34,513 nucleotides of DNA from Nemertoderma westbladi (taxonomy: Eukaryota; Animalia; Xenacoelomorpha): assembly GCA_032718475.1 (NCBI GenBank), contig JAUCBJ010007472.1, forward strand, positions 1 through 34,513, in the 5' to 3' direction. Below, piece after piece: positions 32,294 to 34,513 of the stretch. How positions within the stretch are numbered: the first letter of the stretch is position 1; every line of letters starts with the position of its first letter. A program made the position numbers and the translations under genes. The notes beneath the pieces were generated by a model. The model was given only the letters and a program-made list of their open reading frames with translations, was not told the origin of the DNA and made no database searches.

Positions 32294-34513
32294 ATGTGTG
32301 TCTCCTTGTAACGTGTGAAATGGTGGCACCCAGAACCATTGATCGTGTTCTATATGGGTGTGTCGTTGTAACGTGTGTAATGGCGGCACCCAGAACCATT
32401 GATCGTGTTCTATATGGGTGTGTCGTTGTAACGTGTGTAATGGCGGCACCCAGAACCATTGATCGTGTTCTATACGGGTGTGTCGTTGTAACGTGTGTAA
32501 TGGCTGCACCCAGAACCATTGATCGTGTTCTATACGGGTGTGTCGTTGTAACGTGTGTAATGGCGGCACCCAGAACCATTGATCGTGTTCTATACGGGTG
32601 TGTCGTTGTAACGTGTGTAATGGCTGCACCCAGAACCATTGATCGTGTTCTATATGGGTGTGTCGTTGTAACGTGTGTAATGGCGGCACCCAGAACCATT
32701 GATCGTGTTCTATACGGGTGTGTCGTTGTAACGTGTGTAATGGCGGCACCCAGAACCATTGATCGTGTTCTATATGGGTGTGTCGTTGTAACGTGTGTAA
32801 TGGTGGCACCCAGAACCATTGATCGTGTTCTATATGGGTGTGTCGTTGTAACGTGTGTAATGGCGGCACCCAGAATCATTGATCGTGTTCTATACGGGTG
32901 TGTAATGGCGGCACCCAGAACCATTGATCGTGTTCTATATGGGTGTGTCGTTGTAACGTGTGTAATGGTGGCACCCAGAACCATTGATCGTGTTCTATAT
33001 GGGTGTGTCGTTGTAACGTGTGTAATGGCGGCACCCAGAATCATTGATCGTGTTCTATACGGGTGTGTAATGGCGGCACCCAGAACCATTGATCGTGTTC
33101 TATATGGGTGTGTCGTTGTAACGTGTGTAATGGTGGCACCCAGAACCATTGATCGTGTTCTATATGGGTGTGTCGTTGTAACGTGTGTAATGGCTGCACC
33201 CAGAATCATTGATCGTGTTCTATACGGGTGTGTCGTTGTAACGTGTGTTAATGGCGGCACCCAGAACCATTGATCGTGTTCTATATGTGTGTCTCCTTGT
33301 AACGTGTGAAATGGTGGCACCCAGAACCATTGATCGTGTTCTATATGGGTGTGTCGTTGTAACGTGTGTAATGGCTGCACCCAGAATCATTGATCGTGTT
33401 CTATACGGGTGTGTCGTTGTAACGTGTGTTAATGGCGGCACCCAGAACCATTGATCGTGTTCTATATGTGTCTCCTTGTAACGGGTGAAATGGTGGCACC
33501 CAGAACCATTGATCGTGTTCTATATGGGTGTCTCCTTGTAACGTGTGAAATGGTGGCACCCAGAACCATTGATCGTGTTCTATATGGGTGTGTCGTTGTA
33601 ACGTGTGTAATGGCGGCACCCAGAACCATTGATCGTGTTCTATATGGGTGTGTCGTTGTAACGTGTGTAATGGCGGCACCCAGAACCATTGATCGTGTTC
33701 TATACGGGTGTGTCGTTGTAACGTGTGTAATGGCTGCACCCAGAACCATTGATCGTGTTCTATACGGGTGTGTCGTTGTAACGTGTGTAATGGCGGCACC
33801 CAGAACCATTGATCGTGTTCTATATGTGTGTCTCCTTGTAACGTGTGAAATGGTGGCACCCAGAACCATTGATCGTGTTCTATATGGGTGTGTCGTTGTA
33901 ACGTGTGTAATGGCGGCACCCAGAACCATTGATCGTGTTCTATATGGGTGTGTCGTTGTAACGTGTGTAATGGCGGCACCCAGAACCATTGATCGTGTTC
34001 TATACGGGTGTGTCGTTGTAACGTGTGTAATGGCTGCACCCAGAACCATTGATCGTGTTCTATACGGGTGTGTCGTTGTAACGTGTGTAATGGCGGCACC
34101 CAGAACCATTGATCGTGTTCTATACGGGTGTGTCGTTGTAACGTGTGTAATGGCTGCACCCAGAACCATTGATCGTGTTCTATATGGGTGTGTCGTTGTA
34201 ACGTGTGTAATGGCTGCACCCAGAACCATTGATCGTGTTCTATATGGGTGTGTCGTTGTAACGTGTGTAATGGCTGCACCCAGAATCATTGATCGTGTTC
34301 TATACGGGTGTGTCGTTGTAACGTGTGTAATGGCGGCACCCAGAACCATTGATCGTGTTCTATATGGGTGTCTCCTTGTAACGTGTGTAATGGTGGCACC
34401 CAGAACCATTGATCGTGTTCTATATGGGTGTGTCGTTGTAACGTGTGTAATGGCGGCACCCAGAACCATTGATCGTGTTCTATATGGGTGTGTCGTTGTA
34501 ACGTGTGTAATGG
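32294..34513. repeat. 60-bp satellite, right block (runs off the window end)
   Basis: Same monomer and phase as 23747-29887. Confidence 0.98.

Noticed and set aside
23706-34469. Many Cys/His/Thr-rich 20-aa repeat ORFs (up to 406 aa)
   Set aside because: They are products of the 60-bp satellite, with several overlapping frames open and frequent frameshifting indels.

Overview
AT-rich, repeat-dominated eukaryotic (most likely invertebrate animal) genomic DNA. It contains two phase-0 minus-strand exons of a myosin-XVIII-like gene (2626-2808, 2247-2324) and an intact ketohexokinase-like gene with an intronless CDS (9633-10583, minus), apparently nested in the upstream myosin-18 intron. There are at least seven tandem arrays (30, 45, 58/63, 21, 126, 61, 44 and 60 bp units), and these explain nearly all long ORFs in the track. 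Transposons are densely nested: hAT MITEs with 8-bp TSDs, a MULE-type foldback MITE with a 9-bp TSD, a Harbinger-type element with a CTG TSD, a Sola2-like element with a 4-bp TSD inside a satellite, a 5.4-kb foldback structure in a (GT)n tract, and two decayed RTE LINEs. A perfect 52-bp palindrome at 23695-23746 is two back-to-back copies of the SMART/PacBio ultra-low-input adapter AAGCAGTGGTATCAACGCAGAGTACT, so the window is very probably a chimeric assembly join. The most unusual biological signal is the 30-bp satellite: it starts exactly at the myosin-18 splice donor and iterates in-frame donor-like sites.
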